Part shown: piece by piece, positions 1-14,555 of the stretch
Layout of the letters: each line of letters opens with the position of its first letter
Position numbering within the stretch: the first letter of the stretch is position 1
NCBI GenBank assembly: GCA_012295275.1
Contig: CM022677.1
Span: 1,612,001-1,676,000, forward strand
DNA length: 64,000 nucleotides
Source: Chrysomallon squamiferum
Taxonomy: Eukaryota; Animalia; Mollusca
Direction: 5' to 3'
Notes under the pieces: generated by a model
Told to the model about the DNA's origin: nothing
The model's database searches: none
What the model saw: the letters and a program-made list of their open reading frames with translations, nothing else
Made by a program: the position numbers and the translations under genes

Positions 1-356
1 TCATTTTAAAATTAAGTATTTTAAATTACTTTTGCAAAGTTGACTGTAAAATTGTTTCAGAAAATTTCATAGAAATAAATAAATAAGTTATCTACAAAGT
101 GTACGCGAGGTCTCGATTACGTCATCAATGTAAAACAAGTTTCCGAGGCGAAGACACTGTTAAATAAAAAATACAGGAAAAGGTGAAGAATTTGAAATAA
201 ATATAAAATATCATATTATTTTTCCTGATTCTACATTTTGCTTTATAAACTGCGCTGCTGGATAAGCTTAATGTTATTATTATTTTTTTTTTTGTAAATT
301 GTTTATAATAATAATAATAACAACAATAATAATAATAATTATTATTATTATTAGTG

Positions 357-398
<42 letters not shown>

Positions 399-2908
399 TT
401 TCTTTTCTAATACCTGGAAAGGTTTATACGAATAAAAATAAGACCGATTGTTTGTTTTTGTTGTTTTTTGTTTTATTTGTACGGCATTATGCAGTTTTAA
501 TCAGTGAGATATTACAGTAATAAATAACAGAAAGCCATACTGATCATATCTTTTCATGTCTCTTTAAAACAAATTTTATAAAACTATATATTTATTTATT
601 TATTTATTTATTTATATATTTTGTTGTTGTTGAGAAATACAGAGGGCCTTTCAAATAAATCATACTTTTAAATATGGTAACCAATATTATACCAGTTAAT
701 CATTAGTTTCTATATATAATTTCATATTTATTTTCGTAGCTTCCTGAAAATAATTTGAGACTGCTCGACAGAATTTACGTTTTTATTAGTTACCAGCTTA
801 TACGACTAAACTGAGACTGAGTGGAAATTACGTTCCATCTTAGTAAAAAAAAAACACTGCTTACCTCGATATTTTAGTACGTTCACCTCTGTTTTGCTTC
901 ATAACAAATATTTAAAACTGTCAGTATAATCTTGGATACAGCTAAAGGAAAGATATCGGCTTTTGAAGAATAATCTTGATAGAGTTAATAACAGTAAATG
1001 TCGCCGTTCAGTTTCAAATTACCTGTGAAAACTGCGCTCATGTTGACAACATAAATTTATTATCAACGTATCAACAAAAATGAATGGATTCTTATTAAGT
1101 CTGAGCTTTTATTTTATAGTGGCATTTTACAGCTCTCGATTGTGACAATATTTTTCTGTTAAACTGAGTTACAGTTTCTTCTCAAAAAAAAAAAAAAAAA
1201 TTAAAAAAAAAATTAAAAATGAATATGCACTTTACATGAATCACAAAATTTGATTTTGCAAAGCAAACGACATTAAAATTAAAATTCACAGAGATAAGCG
1301 AAGTTTTCTGTTTTGTAAAACGCGACGTAATTCACGTTTTATACATAAAACCAGCGACGTTTATATCATAAATTGATACTGAGTGAAAATAACGTGATGT
1401 TTTATAATGTTTTACCTCTATTTTGGATCATAAACAATACTGATAATTTCACTTACAATTACATTTTATTCTACTAGGAGATGTCTACTGTATTAATATT
1501 ATAATGTGTAAGTTATATCATAAAAAAACATACAAAAAAAACATGCCTATCCATACGTCTTCTATAAAATTTTAAAAATATTTTGTAAAGAACAGAATAG
1601 TATAACTTTAAAACCTAGCTGCTACCTTAATGGAATCACAGTAATTTATATTAATAACTTGAGAATTAATGACATAAATATCATATTTAGTTTCTAGGAG
1701 CATAGTTTTCTGAAGATAATTTGAGATCGCTGGACAGAATTTACGTTTTAATTTACTACCAGCAGTTTACAGGAATACATTGAGACAATGAGCGAAAATT
1801 ACCTGAATCTTATAATAACTGTACCTCTGTTTAACACATGTTTTTACACGTCATTATCAAAACAAACTTAAAATGTCAAGAAGTTTTGTTGTTTACCTCG
1901 AAAATTAATATTTCATTGTATTAAATCACTTCTGAATACAATAATAATAATAGATAAATATAGATAAAATACAGAATGACCGAGTGAAAATACATTAATA
2001 AGTTTCCCTTTTCCCAGGCTTATTTCTGTACAAAACTGAATATTTTGGTAATTATATTCTTATTTTATAGTAGAAATATTTCCTTTCAGAAAATTAACTG
2101 ATATACTTTCTCTTAACAATAGGAAAAGTCAGACAGGCACGAGTTATCTGCAGAAAATTATTCATCTTATCAAGTTAACGCCGTTTTTAATAAAATATAT
2201 CAAAATCTTCTGTGCTGTAACTGAAAATAACATTTTATTTTTTCGACTATGTCAAGGTTATCGAAATTTAGTTTAAGAAACGGCGCAATGTTGTTTTCTG
2301 TTACTTACCCACATATTATTGTGAAACACGGCGCTGTATAATGTCAAACTTTTTGTATTTAACTATTAGAGAATACAAAAAAGAAAAGGTGATATTGCGG
2401 GAAAAGGTTATTAAAGTCAAATAACGCCGTATAAATAAAGTAAATATTTCATTTTTATTTATGAAAACAAACAAACAAACATGTTTAGTAGGAGCGCAGT
2501 TAATATGACAGAATGTAGAATCAGTGTAAATCGAGAATTATGGAACAGGTTAAGTGATAAACATTTCTTAAAACTTTAATAACAACTAAGGAAATGTGTC
2601 AGTATATGTGCGTTATTATTATTATTATTTTTTTTTTTTCACAATGTATTGATTATATATTAGAGGAAAATACGAGTGTCTCTGGATAATTTACACAGTA
2701 TTAAGATTGCAGATGGAGAGAAGGCTTGTAGAGTCACAACGGTTATTCTGACAAATTGAGAATTATACTAATTTTCTACAGATATCTGAAGAAATCTGCG
2801 CATCGGAATTTACTTTGTATTCACTGTCAGTATTTTTATTATTAACATGACATGTTTATATGATTAAATTGAGGTTTATCTGTAATAATGTTTTTTGATT
2901 TTTGATAT

Positions 2909-2943
<35 letters not shown>

Positions 2944-4149
2944 AACATTATTTTAGATGAAACTAAGTTTATTCACTTACAAAACAGTTTAATATATTTT
3001 ATTCTCAACTTGTTAATGTAACCGTTCTGACTCTAGAAGACTGTAATAATAAATAATAAAGTGATAGATAATAAAATGTATCTCACCTGTCTCTGTTTTG
3101 TAGCCTTTCCTTTTAACAATATTTCTTAAATATGTTGTGTAAACCACATTAATTTCTAGCGATTAAGCATTTCACTTTAAAAAGGTTTACGTTGATTCAT
3201 ACCATCAGCCTGTAATTAATCTTCACTTTTTGCCTAAAAGCCTAATTTTCTATTAACTTGAATGTCACAACAGTAATTATCCTTTAGTTACTAGCAGTAG
3301 TAAATTAATATACTTTAATAGGATGAATCATTTTCTGCAAATGTATTTAATGCAAAGTTTATATTTACCGCCAGTAGATTGTTTGAATGAATACAGTGAG
3401 ATTTAGTTATAATAACCTATATTTTATATCATTTTTGCTGAGTCTCAATTCACGTTTATGAACAGTGCTCCTATTACAAAATAAACGGGATATCTCAAGG
3501 TTAAAATATACTGAAAAAGTTTTAAAAAAGAAAGAAAAGTCACGTTGTAGTCATTTATTCTCAAGTTATCAGAAGCGCAGTTTAAAATCAACGAAAATAA
3601 CTCAATATGTTATTAATTACATTAATAACTCTGAACATAATTTGTTAATTAATATTACTATAAAATGTCCTCCATATTTTCCGGTTTCATAAAGAAGAGG
3701 CTACAAATCTTACCACTGTTTCTGCATAACTGTAACGAGTTAAAAACTACACGATAATAAATTTATCACATAAACAGTGGTGGTGATTTTATCAGAAGCG
3801 TTTTTACGGGAAAATGTGAGAATTAATTACAGGTTTATGATGGTAACAACTGAAATCAGCAAATGGATATTTCTGTTTGTCTGGTATATTACGTGACGCT
3901 GCAACTAAAAAGAAAATATCTCATAATTCGTTTTTATCAATCTCAATTTAAATCATTTTTCAAAGAAATATTTATTTGGGATCATCGTTATTTTCCAGCT
4001 GCCAAAACTGTCGCATATTATGACATCTAAAATAATAATATGATGCTTGCTGAAGGACGAAGTTAGTTTCAATTTTACAACATCTTCGTCTTAGAATTTT
4101 GTTTATACACGGTAGAATTTGTTGGTAGTGTAAAACTAATGAGGTAATT

Positions 4150-4895
4150 TTAATGCCAATACCCCGAAACCTTAATTCTTACGCAAAGGCTATTTCTAAT
4201 GATGATGCTAAAATTATTTTTATTATTATTATAACATTCATAGTAATATTTACAATATCCCTAACATTGAGCCCTATCTCTAACTCTGACCTAAAACTAT
4301 TTTCCACACTACCGTAATCCTAAGTCTAACCCAAACAATAACCCTAATCTTAACCCTAACCTAACCTAACCCTAGCTCATATTCTAAACCTAATCCTAAC
4401 TAAGTCCACAACGTGGATTTTTACATTAACGCTGCTCCTAATGGTGACCCTAAAATTATTTTGCATATTATCGTATAATAATCTTTAAATAAACATCACC
4501 TTAACCCTTACCCTAACCCGAAATTAACCCTAACCCTAACCTTAATCCTAACCTAACCCTAACCCCGACTCTATCCCTAACACTAATACTAACTCTGATC
4601 ATAAAACTGTTTTGCAGATTATCATAAAACGCATAATAAACTTTGAATAATCCTAACCCTAACCCTCATCCTAAAGCTAACCACAGCCGAACTTCTAAAG
4701 CTAATCTTACTCAAGTCCCGATCCTTGATTCTTAACGCTACTTCTAATCGTGAGCCTAAAAATATTTCCACATTATCATAACCTCATACTAAAATTTACA
4801 TAACCCGAGCGCGAACCCTAACTCTGACGCTAAAGAAGTGCCTAACTTCAAATCTTATGCAAAGTCTATTTCTAACCCTGACCCTAAAACTATTA
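4150..4895 (+). repeat. Degenerate interstitial telomere-like (CCCTAA) array in a higher-order repeat
   Basis: Many TAACCC/TAATCC/TAACCT variants (e.g. 4525-4566) interleaved with a recurring ctaa...tgaccctaaaa.tatttt...attatcataa motif. Confidence 0.7.
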
Positions 4896-4899
4896 TTAA

Positions 4900-5916
4900 G
4901 GTTATTTTATAGATTTTACTTTTTAGTCATTTGACCTACATAAATATTGTTTTTTTTTTTTTTTTTTTGTTTTTCTTGCAGATTGGAGCAAACTTTGAGA
5001 TGAACATCGAGAAGAAATTTTTTAATTATTTTTTTATTATGGTCCTTTTTCTTAACTTGTTTATACATTTTGCCTGTGTGGAGTCTATGGAAACAGATAA
5101 CGTGTTTTCAGTTTAGTTAGGTAGTTAACGTGATTCAGTGCTTTTATTATTTATCGCTAACACGTGTTTCAATAACAAGCTGAACAACTTTCAGTACAGA
5201 ATCCAGTTATTCATAAGCAAAGAACTTTAAATAGATGAAACACAGGACATTATCAATATCAAACATAGAAAAATTTGATAATAAAGGAATTATCATCATT
5301 ATTATTATTATTATTACATGAATTTTATTTCAAATATTTTAAATTACATTAAACCATTAAACCAAGTGTTTCCTCTGTACCTAGTGTTATCTTGAATACA
5401 ACAAAGGTTAAAGATTTATTTTAAGAAGTGTTTTATCTGGGTCAGTCACGCGGTCAGCAGATTGTTGGAGAGAGAAATATTTGATATCAGGTCTGTACTC
5501 TTATTAAATCACTGAATTGTCAGAAAATTAGTTACAACAGGGAAATTTTACTATTAGACATTCTGATTATTTTCTGTTGTCGCATAAGCCATACAGACCC
5601 GAATATTACTTTTTCTTATAAACAGTAACATTCAACTATGTTCATGATGTTTTCGCAGTCTGTAATAATTTTAGAATCTGGAAGAGGGGGAAGAGATAAC
5701 GGCTGCTTGACTACAAGTATTTGATTTAATTTGAATTCTTAGGTTCAGTAAAGTAAATCGCTGTCAAGATATATGTAAGATAAAAATCACAAACGCACTG
5801 ATTTGACCCGAAGAGAAAAAACGTCGACTGCTAGCTTACGATTCTAATTTACCTTAGAAAATGAAAAGAAATAAATAAATAGACAGAGATATATAAAGCA
5901 GATCGACTGTTAGGAA

Positions 5917-5959
<43 letters not shown>

Positions 5960-6142
5960 GGAGTAATAATAAAAATCGAGAAGTTATAAAGAAGTAATAA
6001 ATATTTAAATTTTTAGTTTTTTACATTTCTTTTCTGGCAGTTTCACAGAAGCGAAAGGTTTTTAAAAGTTACATAGATGCTGATACTGGGTAAGTCTTCA
6101 GTTTAAAAATCAAACCATTGACCTCATAGGTAAAATTACAGG

Positions 6143-6237
<95 letters not shown>

Positions 6238-7057
6238 ATACATATATATAGCTGTAAAGCTGACTTTGTACTAAAGCAAATTTGTTGATCATTAGAAAAG
6301 AAAAGTGACAAAACAGATTAGTAGGTCTTGTTTCGCTCACTCGTGTTTTAATAACAAGTTACCAAACTGAACACTGATAACAAATATTTCAAATGTGACC
6401 GTAGAAATGATCGAATTTACAATATATAATATAGTTAATTACAATGCAATTAAACAAATGATTGGCAATTTCAGACGATTTACAATTTTATCACAATGAA
6501 ATTATAATTTACAGAACAATTTAGTTTTTACAAATAACCTCAGCATTAGCATTTGTATTAACATTAGCAGTGGTATAAGTAACACTACTAGTAGTAGATA
6601 TAGTATTAGTAGTAGTAGTAGTAGTAATAGTAGTAAGACTAGTAGTTATAGCAGTAGTAGTAATATTCTTTGGGTTTGAATATATTTTTATATTATATTA
6701 ATATAATTGTGTGTGTCTCAGTTTGTGTCTATGTATATGTGTGTCTGTATGTATGTATGTGTGTGTATTTGTGTGCATGTGTGTCTATGTGCGTTTGTGT
6801 GTGTGTGTTTGTTTGCGTATCCTGTCTGTACTCTTATTAAATCACTGTTTTGTCAGAAAATTAGTAAGTCAGTAAGACAGTAAGTCATGTTATCACTGAC
6901 ACGTGTTTTAGTAATAAATTAATTATACACGAGTTGAACATACATAACTAAATATAGACAGAGTAAACAAATGATATTGTTAATATTAAAAAAAGGTGAT
7001 CATAAAGAAATTTTAATTTACAAGATTAGAAATAGCAGTTATTATTGTTATCGTTAC

Positions 7058-7104
<47 letters not shown>

Positions 7105-7900
7105 TAGTAGCAGTGGTAGTAGTAAAGGTGTAGCAGCAGGCCTAACACGTGCAGTACTAGTAACATTGGTAACAGTATGATAGTAGTAATAATAACAGTA
7201 ATAACAGTATGATAGTAGTAGTAATAACAGTAATAACAGTATGATAGTAGTAGTAATAACAGTAATAACAGTATGATAGTAGTAGTAATAACAGTAATAA
7301 CAGTAGTAGCTAACAGTAGAAGTATTGACAGTCGTAGAATTAGAAGTAGTTTTATCAAATATAGTAACAGTAGTTAAAGAAACTGAAGTACTAATAATAG
7401 TTTAGTGCTATTGATATTAGTAGTGGCAGCAAAGCTGTAGCAGCAACAGTACTATTAGCAGCTTTAGTAATAGTATTTTTAGTAGTAGTAGTAATAATAA
7501 ATGTTGTATGGTAGCTGTTGTTGTTTGTTCTATTTGTAAAATGTAAAACAAGTTAACAGCAGTGAGAATGTTACAAACATGTTGTAGTAGCTGTAATAGT
7601 ACAGGTAACAGTGGTTGTAATAAGTAACTATACAAATACCACACCCCTCCCATTATTTAAACAAGCTCGGACCTCGCTGTTGTATTTCATGTTAAAGAGA
7701 AAACATCAGTTTACTAAATAAGGCCATGGATTGTGACTGAAATACCTCACCTGAGTTTTATCTCCATCACGAGATGGTCAAAGTTGTCTTCAAGCGGGTA
7801 TGTTAGATCACGTATTTGTGTGTTTGTCTCATAAAACTGAAACCTGGTTTCCACGGTAACACAGCCTCATTGTCATCTCTTTGTTAAAAAATATCCAGGT
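4900..7900 (+). repeat. Older diverged direct duplication of ~21140-24730
   Basis: Shared blocks: agatttt.ctttttagtcatttgacctac (4911/21151), TAG-rich block (7300-7700 / 24090-24490), cctcacctgagttttatctc...gtttccacg (7745-7856 / 24574-24685). Confidence 0.8.
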
Positions 7901-10106
7901 AATAAAGCTGAGAACGTTGGCCTTGACAAAACAGATTAGTAGGTCTTGTTTCGCTCACTCAAGTTTTAATAATAAGTTAATTATAAACAAACTGAACACA
8001 GATAACAAATATTTCAAATGGTGGTCATAGAACTTTTCGAATTTACAATAATACTATAATTAATTCAATGCAACTAAATTTTATTAGATTAAAATAATGA
8101 CTCGGGTAACTTCAGACGATAAACATTTTTATTACAAAAAAAAGTAGAATTTACAGAACAATTTAGCTTTTACATACAGCCATAGCAATAGTATTTGTAT
8201 TAACATAGTAAGTTTTGCTTCAGTAACAAATAAAATGTTATCTGAACCAGATTCAAAATAGGTTATGCGGTGAATGGAGACTTGAAAAGCTATATAAATG
8301 AAAAAAATAAAAAAATAAGTATGGAAAGGGAGAAGCACAAGAAGAAAAATCTCCTTTGTTCTTCAGAGAAACAAAATCTTATCTTAATCTCCTAAGATCT
8401 TTTTTTTTTTTTCTCTCTCTCTGGACGCTGTTAACTGAACAAAAGACGGAGATTTCACTTTGTCATTTCGACCTTTTCTTTCCTGGGACAAAATATCTCT
8501 GTGTATAAATATGTGTGTGCATACATTTTCCACAGGAAAGAAACGGTCGAAATGACAAATAACAGAAAGTAGCGGCAACCTATGTTAAAATAATTTACGT
8601 TTATTTTTGTAAATTTATTGACAAGCACATTATCACCACCTTTCGTATAATAATTAATATCGGGAAATCAATTTAATTATACTGTCATACAATAATAATT
8701 TTACTCAGTGATATTTGTTTCACACACACACTCACACACACACACACGTATATGCAGGTGTATCTCAGAGAGAGAGAGAGAGAGAGAGAGATAAGATTAA
8801 TTACACATATAAAAATAATAAAATTTATTATAATTTACAATTAAAATTATGCTCGTAGTTTGCGTATATTTGTGATGTTGTTTTATTTTTAATCATATCT
8901 GTCTTGTGTCAACTAAATGAACCTGACACTGTCAAACATTCAAGAACTCCTCTCTTTCACGCATAGAAACACACATTAAATATCCCAAAGCATCCATGTT
9001 TGAAGCTTGTTGCCAACGGTGAATAAATAATGAATGTCAAATGCTAGGAGACTTGTTACCATGGAGAAAGTAAAACATTACTCAGTAAGAAAACATTATT
9101 ATTCTCATTTCTAGTTTTCCAAAGTTTCCAAACTAGTTACGTATGATTCTTAGATGTTACATAAAAATACACAACAGGGCCCGGCTGCTGTAGTTCAGCT
9201 GGTTATTGTGCACGTCCAGGCAAAGAAGGTTCAGGTCTGTTTATCAACACACTGAAACACTTTCCATATAACTGAACATGCATTTGTTCAGTAGGGTGGA
9301 ACCTGTCTTGACAATAGTCACACTGCCCATAGACGGGAATGGTGTGGTGAGCATAAGAACTGGTGCATCTGTCGCTGGACACGTGGCATCTTTTCGTATG
9401 TTGCCTGTTCAGTCTCGAACTGCCTTACATGCACGGTCGAAATGAAAGGCAAGCAATCCCAAAAATTCGATTAATGGTAGATATAGCCGTGGACGGGTTA
9501 TCGTATGGGGAGGTGTATCTGTGACTGTCAGTACACCCAATCCATAGAGTGCAAAGAAGAGACATCTCTGGGAAGTACTACCGAGGCAAGCGGAACAAAG
9601 CTGTGAACTGACCACTGGGAGACTTGTGCGCAGTTTGCCTCCATTTTGTCCAACGATCTCCAGAAAACATTCTGCGATCAATCAGTGGACTTTTGTTATT
9701 TCTGTCAAATGTATTGTTTACTGTTGTCATTAGAGTTTGACAATAAACACAGTTCTTCTAAACATGTATACAAATTAATTTAATTGAGATTCACACGATA
9801 AATGACAAAATGGCTTTAACAAGGTCTGTATACAGTACTTTGCTAACAGCGCTTTTGTATTAGAAACAAAACATCGATGTATGTAATTTGATGTTTAATT
9901 TTATGTTTGTGCCAATAGCGTGGCATTTGAAATTTCGATACTTTGTCGTTTTTTAGGTCGCTTTGCGATGAATTCAATAAAAGAAAGCATATGTGCGTCA
10001 TACATATTTATATAGACCTCTGCTTTTGACGCTTACTCTAAATGAGTGAATTCACTTAGGTGTTAACAGACTAATAATGTTCTTGTTCATTTAGCTGTGT
10101 AAAGGG

Positions 10107-10402
10107 CATAGGTTTTCAACTTGAGTGTCATGACCTCTAGAGGGCTCGCCAGACTTTTTTCTGGGGGTCGCGAGATCGTTCTTGTTTTAGTTCTTTTCAA
10201 CTTGACTTGGAAGGAGGAATAAATAAAAACGTGTAGATTGGTTTGGGACCCGTCATAGTGAATATAGATTCCTTTTGTACTGACTTTGGTTGATGAAAAT
10301 ATGGTAACACTACATATTATTGAATCAAACATTTTAAAGGGGTCTTCGCTCATACTGAGTTCCTCATAAGGGTCAAGGTATGATAAAGGTTGAAAACCAG
10401 TG
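10107..10402 (-). mobile_element. Second full-length copy of the same hAT MITE
   Basis: CATAGGTTTTCAAC...GTTGAAAACCAGTG; decayed TSD GTAAAGGG / GTATAGAG; internal sequence is homologous to 44854-45161. Confidence 0.8.
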
Positions 10403-13400
10403 GTATAGAGTTACCTCCCATTAGTCATAGGCTTATTTGTCATACAGTGGCTAATTGTTGGCATTGAATTGATCGTATTTTATTCTTGAATTTACACCAG
10501 ATATCCGAAGTAGAGAGATCCAGAATTTTCAAAGTTTTGTTCATAATAGATTATAGTCAGCTTGGGAAATCTCTCCCCATTTTCAAAACTCTTTTATAAA
10601 GTATATTTTTATCTTTATTTTACACTAGGAACTCGCACAACCAGCTTGCAGCACCCAGAACACTAAACGATCGTTCAACCAGCTGGGTGTCGTGCCTGAA
10701 CAAGATGTTTTTCACGAATTTTGAACAAACATTATTCCAATAAGGAAAACAAAAATAACTTTAAATAAATAAATAAATAACAACAAGAGTCACAAATGAA
10801 GATAATAATACTACAAAAGTAGTTATTTATGTATTTACATTCTGTTATTACTAATTACAAGTTTAACCGTTTCAAAACTGTAACATGCGGACGACTGCTG
10901 GATCAAAGCTTGTCAGTGGCTCATCAGATAATTTTCACATAACTGATGTTTGAAATTTTTTCAGTTTTTGTGAATTTAATAGAGCTTGTTGCTAACACCT
11001 GGAATACAGGCAATGTGGGAATTTTACCTATGTTATTATTAATCACAATCTGTGTATGTTCGTGTATGTTTTATATATATGTAAACGTGACAAAATACTG
11101 ACATAATATTCCTTTATATGTGATTTTATATTGTTGTTGTTGTTGTTTTTCTCTCTCGTTTCCTATCGCTAGATAAAAACCGAGTACTAGTTCAAAAGGT
11201 TACCATATAATATGTTAATATTCTGTGTGAATATTTTATTACGCTGTCGCAACACCTAGTTATAACAAACAAAAAAAATACTGTACAATAATAACAAGAT
11301 ATGAGGAAACGCACAGAAATAGAAATATAAACGTTAATTAATTTATTAATAAAAAAATCTGACATACTGTAATTAGTGTTCATTAATTAGGTGGGAAAAA
11401 AAGATTTAGGGTGTATGTAAATATAACAGAAACTTATTTATCATATTTATTTATTTATTTTTGTTTTCAAATCAGAGTGAATACTGTAATGTTCGGTGAC
11501 TAATGTTTACAGTTACACCTATTACTCATAATACATGATAAATATACCAGTTACGTCACAGCGTGTAACGCTATCTCGTTGTGCTAGCTACCCGTGCCAA
11601 AAACAAATAGTGACGTCACTTATACCTTTCTCTTGATTCATTTCCATTCAGTTATACTATGACATCATTTTATCTATAGTAACAGTCTCTAGTTTCTTAT
11701 TCAGTAAAAAAAAAAAAAAAAAAAAAAAAACGTGACGTTGTTCTATATTTGTTACAGAATCCTGAATTTTCTATTGACCTGCTATTTCAAATGACTGCGT
11801 GGCTCATTTTCTTTCTCAAACGACAGTTAGCCATTACTCAGGATGAAGATTCCAATATTATCAACAAAAGTGGAAAAAAGAAAAGACAATATGGAGAAAA
11901 TCAAATAAATCAGATGTGAGTCTTTGAAAATTAATGTGACATTTCCGATACCAATGAAATCAGTAAATAGTATTTTGGCAAAGTTAAGTGTATTTATTAA
12001 ATATTATATATAGATTATAGCATGAGTGTTGGATGTACAAAATAGATAAAAATAGTTGTTTTTTTAAACACCATTGAACTGAATATTTCACTTAGGAAAT
12101 AATTTCAAGTGAATGTATAAACTCACTGTTACGGAAAACTATAGTCAGAATCTCAGACGGTGAAATTTGTGAAACTCATTCTTAATTTATCCAGCGATAA
12201 CAAAACACTAATTATTATAAAACACGGAGAGTACATCAATACAGCAGAATACAGTTATCTGGAAGTTTATGTTTTTAAACTTGGCAGTCATAGACTACAC
12301 ATTCAGCGTACCATTCAAATAAAATATGTTGTTTAAAAACCAACACACTAAAGTTTGATGAATTCCAAAATGGCACCAAAACATCTCTCCATTACCTAGG
12401 TCAGCAGTTTTTAAGTACTCACTGATCTATGTTGTATAATACAGATTATTTGTAAAACTTAATAACTTATTTAATTCCAGGAAAATACAGTCAGTTGTGT
12501 GGTAAACGGCTCGGGGAGGTGAATGGCCCAGCTTAACGTTCACCTACTGAACTGTAGGGTTGTTGATGTTGTTTTTGTTGAGTCAATTCAAGATGTTTTA
12601 AATTTGTAATACTGGACTAATAATATTAATAACTGAATATTCAACAGAGAGAATATTTTAAAATGTAATTTAACAGTATTTAAGCATGAAACTAAAACTT
12701 TACATTTACTTTTTATTTACATTAGTTTTGTATGGCTATAAATTAATTATATAATACCTTGATTTGCCTATACCTGGAAACTTGCTGTGTCTCTACTGAA
12801 CTGTCAAAGTCTGCTTTGTTAGTGAGTTCAGAAAGAAAGAAATAAAATCACGTCACAAAGTTAAAAATCTCATCTGAAATTTACAAAAACAATCTCAAGA
12901 GGACTGCTGAATGTTTTCTATGTATTAAAATTGAGACTAAATATATTTTTTATTTTTTTTTATCTTCATTGAATAAATTAGGTGGAAATTACACATTTGT
13001 ATTACTCCTTGTACTGTATGAAACATTAGAAAATTAATTACAGAAAGTATAAAATGTTTTATCTCAAAACAGTTTATCCGAATAAAAGGTATATTATTGT
13101 TTAGTTTAAATTCAAAACATTACAAAACAAAATTCATCTGAACTTATTAAAATAAATTATAAACCAAAAATATTTAAAATATTTAATATTGTAATTTTAT
13201 ATATGTGTAAGTAAATTTGGTTGAATTTAAATAACATGATTTTGTTTTATCTTGAAAAATATGGAAGAAAAATAAACACTTAGTATCAATACTAGTAACA
13301 ACAACTACAAAATCAATACTGTTTATAGTAATAATATGTTTTGTTTTTGTCTTTTATTAAAAAAGTGCCAATAAGTAGGGTGCACCTTTTAGTGAATTAT

Positions 13401-14013
13401 GACAGGGATTAGTAAATTCAAACTCAGTAATTTATTATAATGGTGGTATGATTTACGATAAACAGTTAATAACACAGATTACAGTCCTTAATGATGACAC
13501 CAAAATAAGTGACAAAAGTATCTTACTATATCCAAATGCTGATCAAAGCAAGGCCAAATTTTGCATGGTTATCTCCCTTGTCCTGAATGGGTTTTTTCAA
13601 AGGAAACTGCCTGGTTGTACAAATGCTCGCTTGTCAAAATGCTGAGTTTTGTAATACTAGATTCCTGCAGATGTCAGTGAAATCAGCAGAGTGAAAGAGT
13701 GAGAGAAAACGGACTTTGGCTGCAAAATTTTAAAACTGTTTATTACAAAAAAATTGCCATAACTTAATTACCTCTAAAATTTAAAAACTACGATTAACAG
13801 TTTGACATTGCTTATTTTACCATAAAAGGGTATTATAGATAGTTAAACAGACATTTAATTAAACACTTAAATTGGCATTTAAAGGCACTTTTATAATTAA
13901 TACAGATTTTTTAGTCAAAAATAAATAAATAAATCTAAAACTGAAAAATATACAAAGTGTACAATCTCATAAACTGAAAGCACACACTGTTTGTGAAACA
14001 CGTGTGACAAAGC

Positions 14014-14555
14014 ACTGACATGTAACTATAAATAGACAAATGTGTGAGCTAAAAGACCTGAACCAGAGATCAGCCACACACTCAGGTTTTATTCCAGTGA
14101 CTGGGTACTGACATGTAACTATAAATAGACAAATGTGTAAGCTAAAAGACCTGAACTATAAATAGACAAATGTATAAGCTAACAGACCTGAACCAGAGAT
14201 CAGACACACACTCAGGTTTTATTCCAGTGACTGGGTACTGACATGTAACTATAAATAGACAAATGTGTAAGCTAAAAGACCTGAACCAGAGATCACACTC
14301 AGGTTTTATTCCAGTGACTGGGTACTGACATGTAACTATAAATAGACAAATGTGTAAGCTAAAAGACCTGAACTATAAATAGACAAATGTATAAGCTAAA
14401 AGACCTGAACCAGAGATGAGCCACACACTCAGGTTTTATTCCAGTGACTGGGTACTGACATGTAACTATAAATAGACAAATGTGTAAGCTAAAAGACCTG
14501 AACCAGAGATCAGCCACACACTCAGGTTTTATTCCAGTGACTGGGTAATGACATG
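14014..14555. repeat. 93-bp minisatellite, ~5 copies, with internal ~38-bp sub-duplications
   Basis: Unit ctgacatgtaactataaatagacaaatgtg...ccagtgactgggta; only ~1 copy at the matching site 40205-40310. Confidence 0.9.

Noticed and set aside
9180-9700. tRNA-like head (gctgtagttcagctggtta) and GC-richer block with a 90-aa minus-strand ORF
   Set aside because: No cloverleaf, convincing B-box or recognisable protein motif; at most an unclassified repeat relic.
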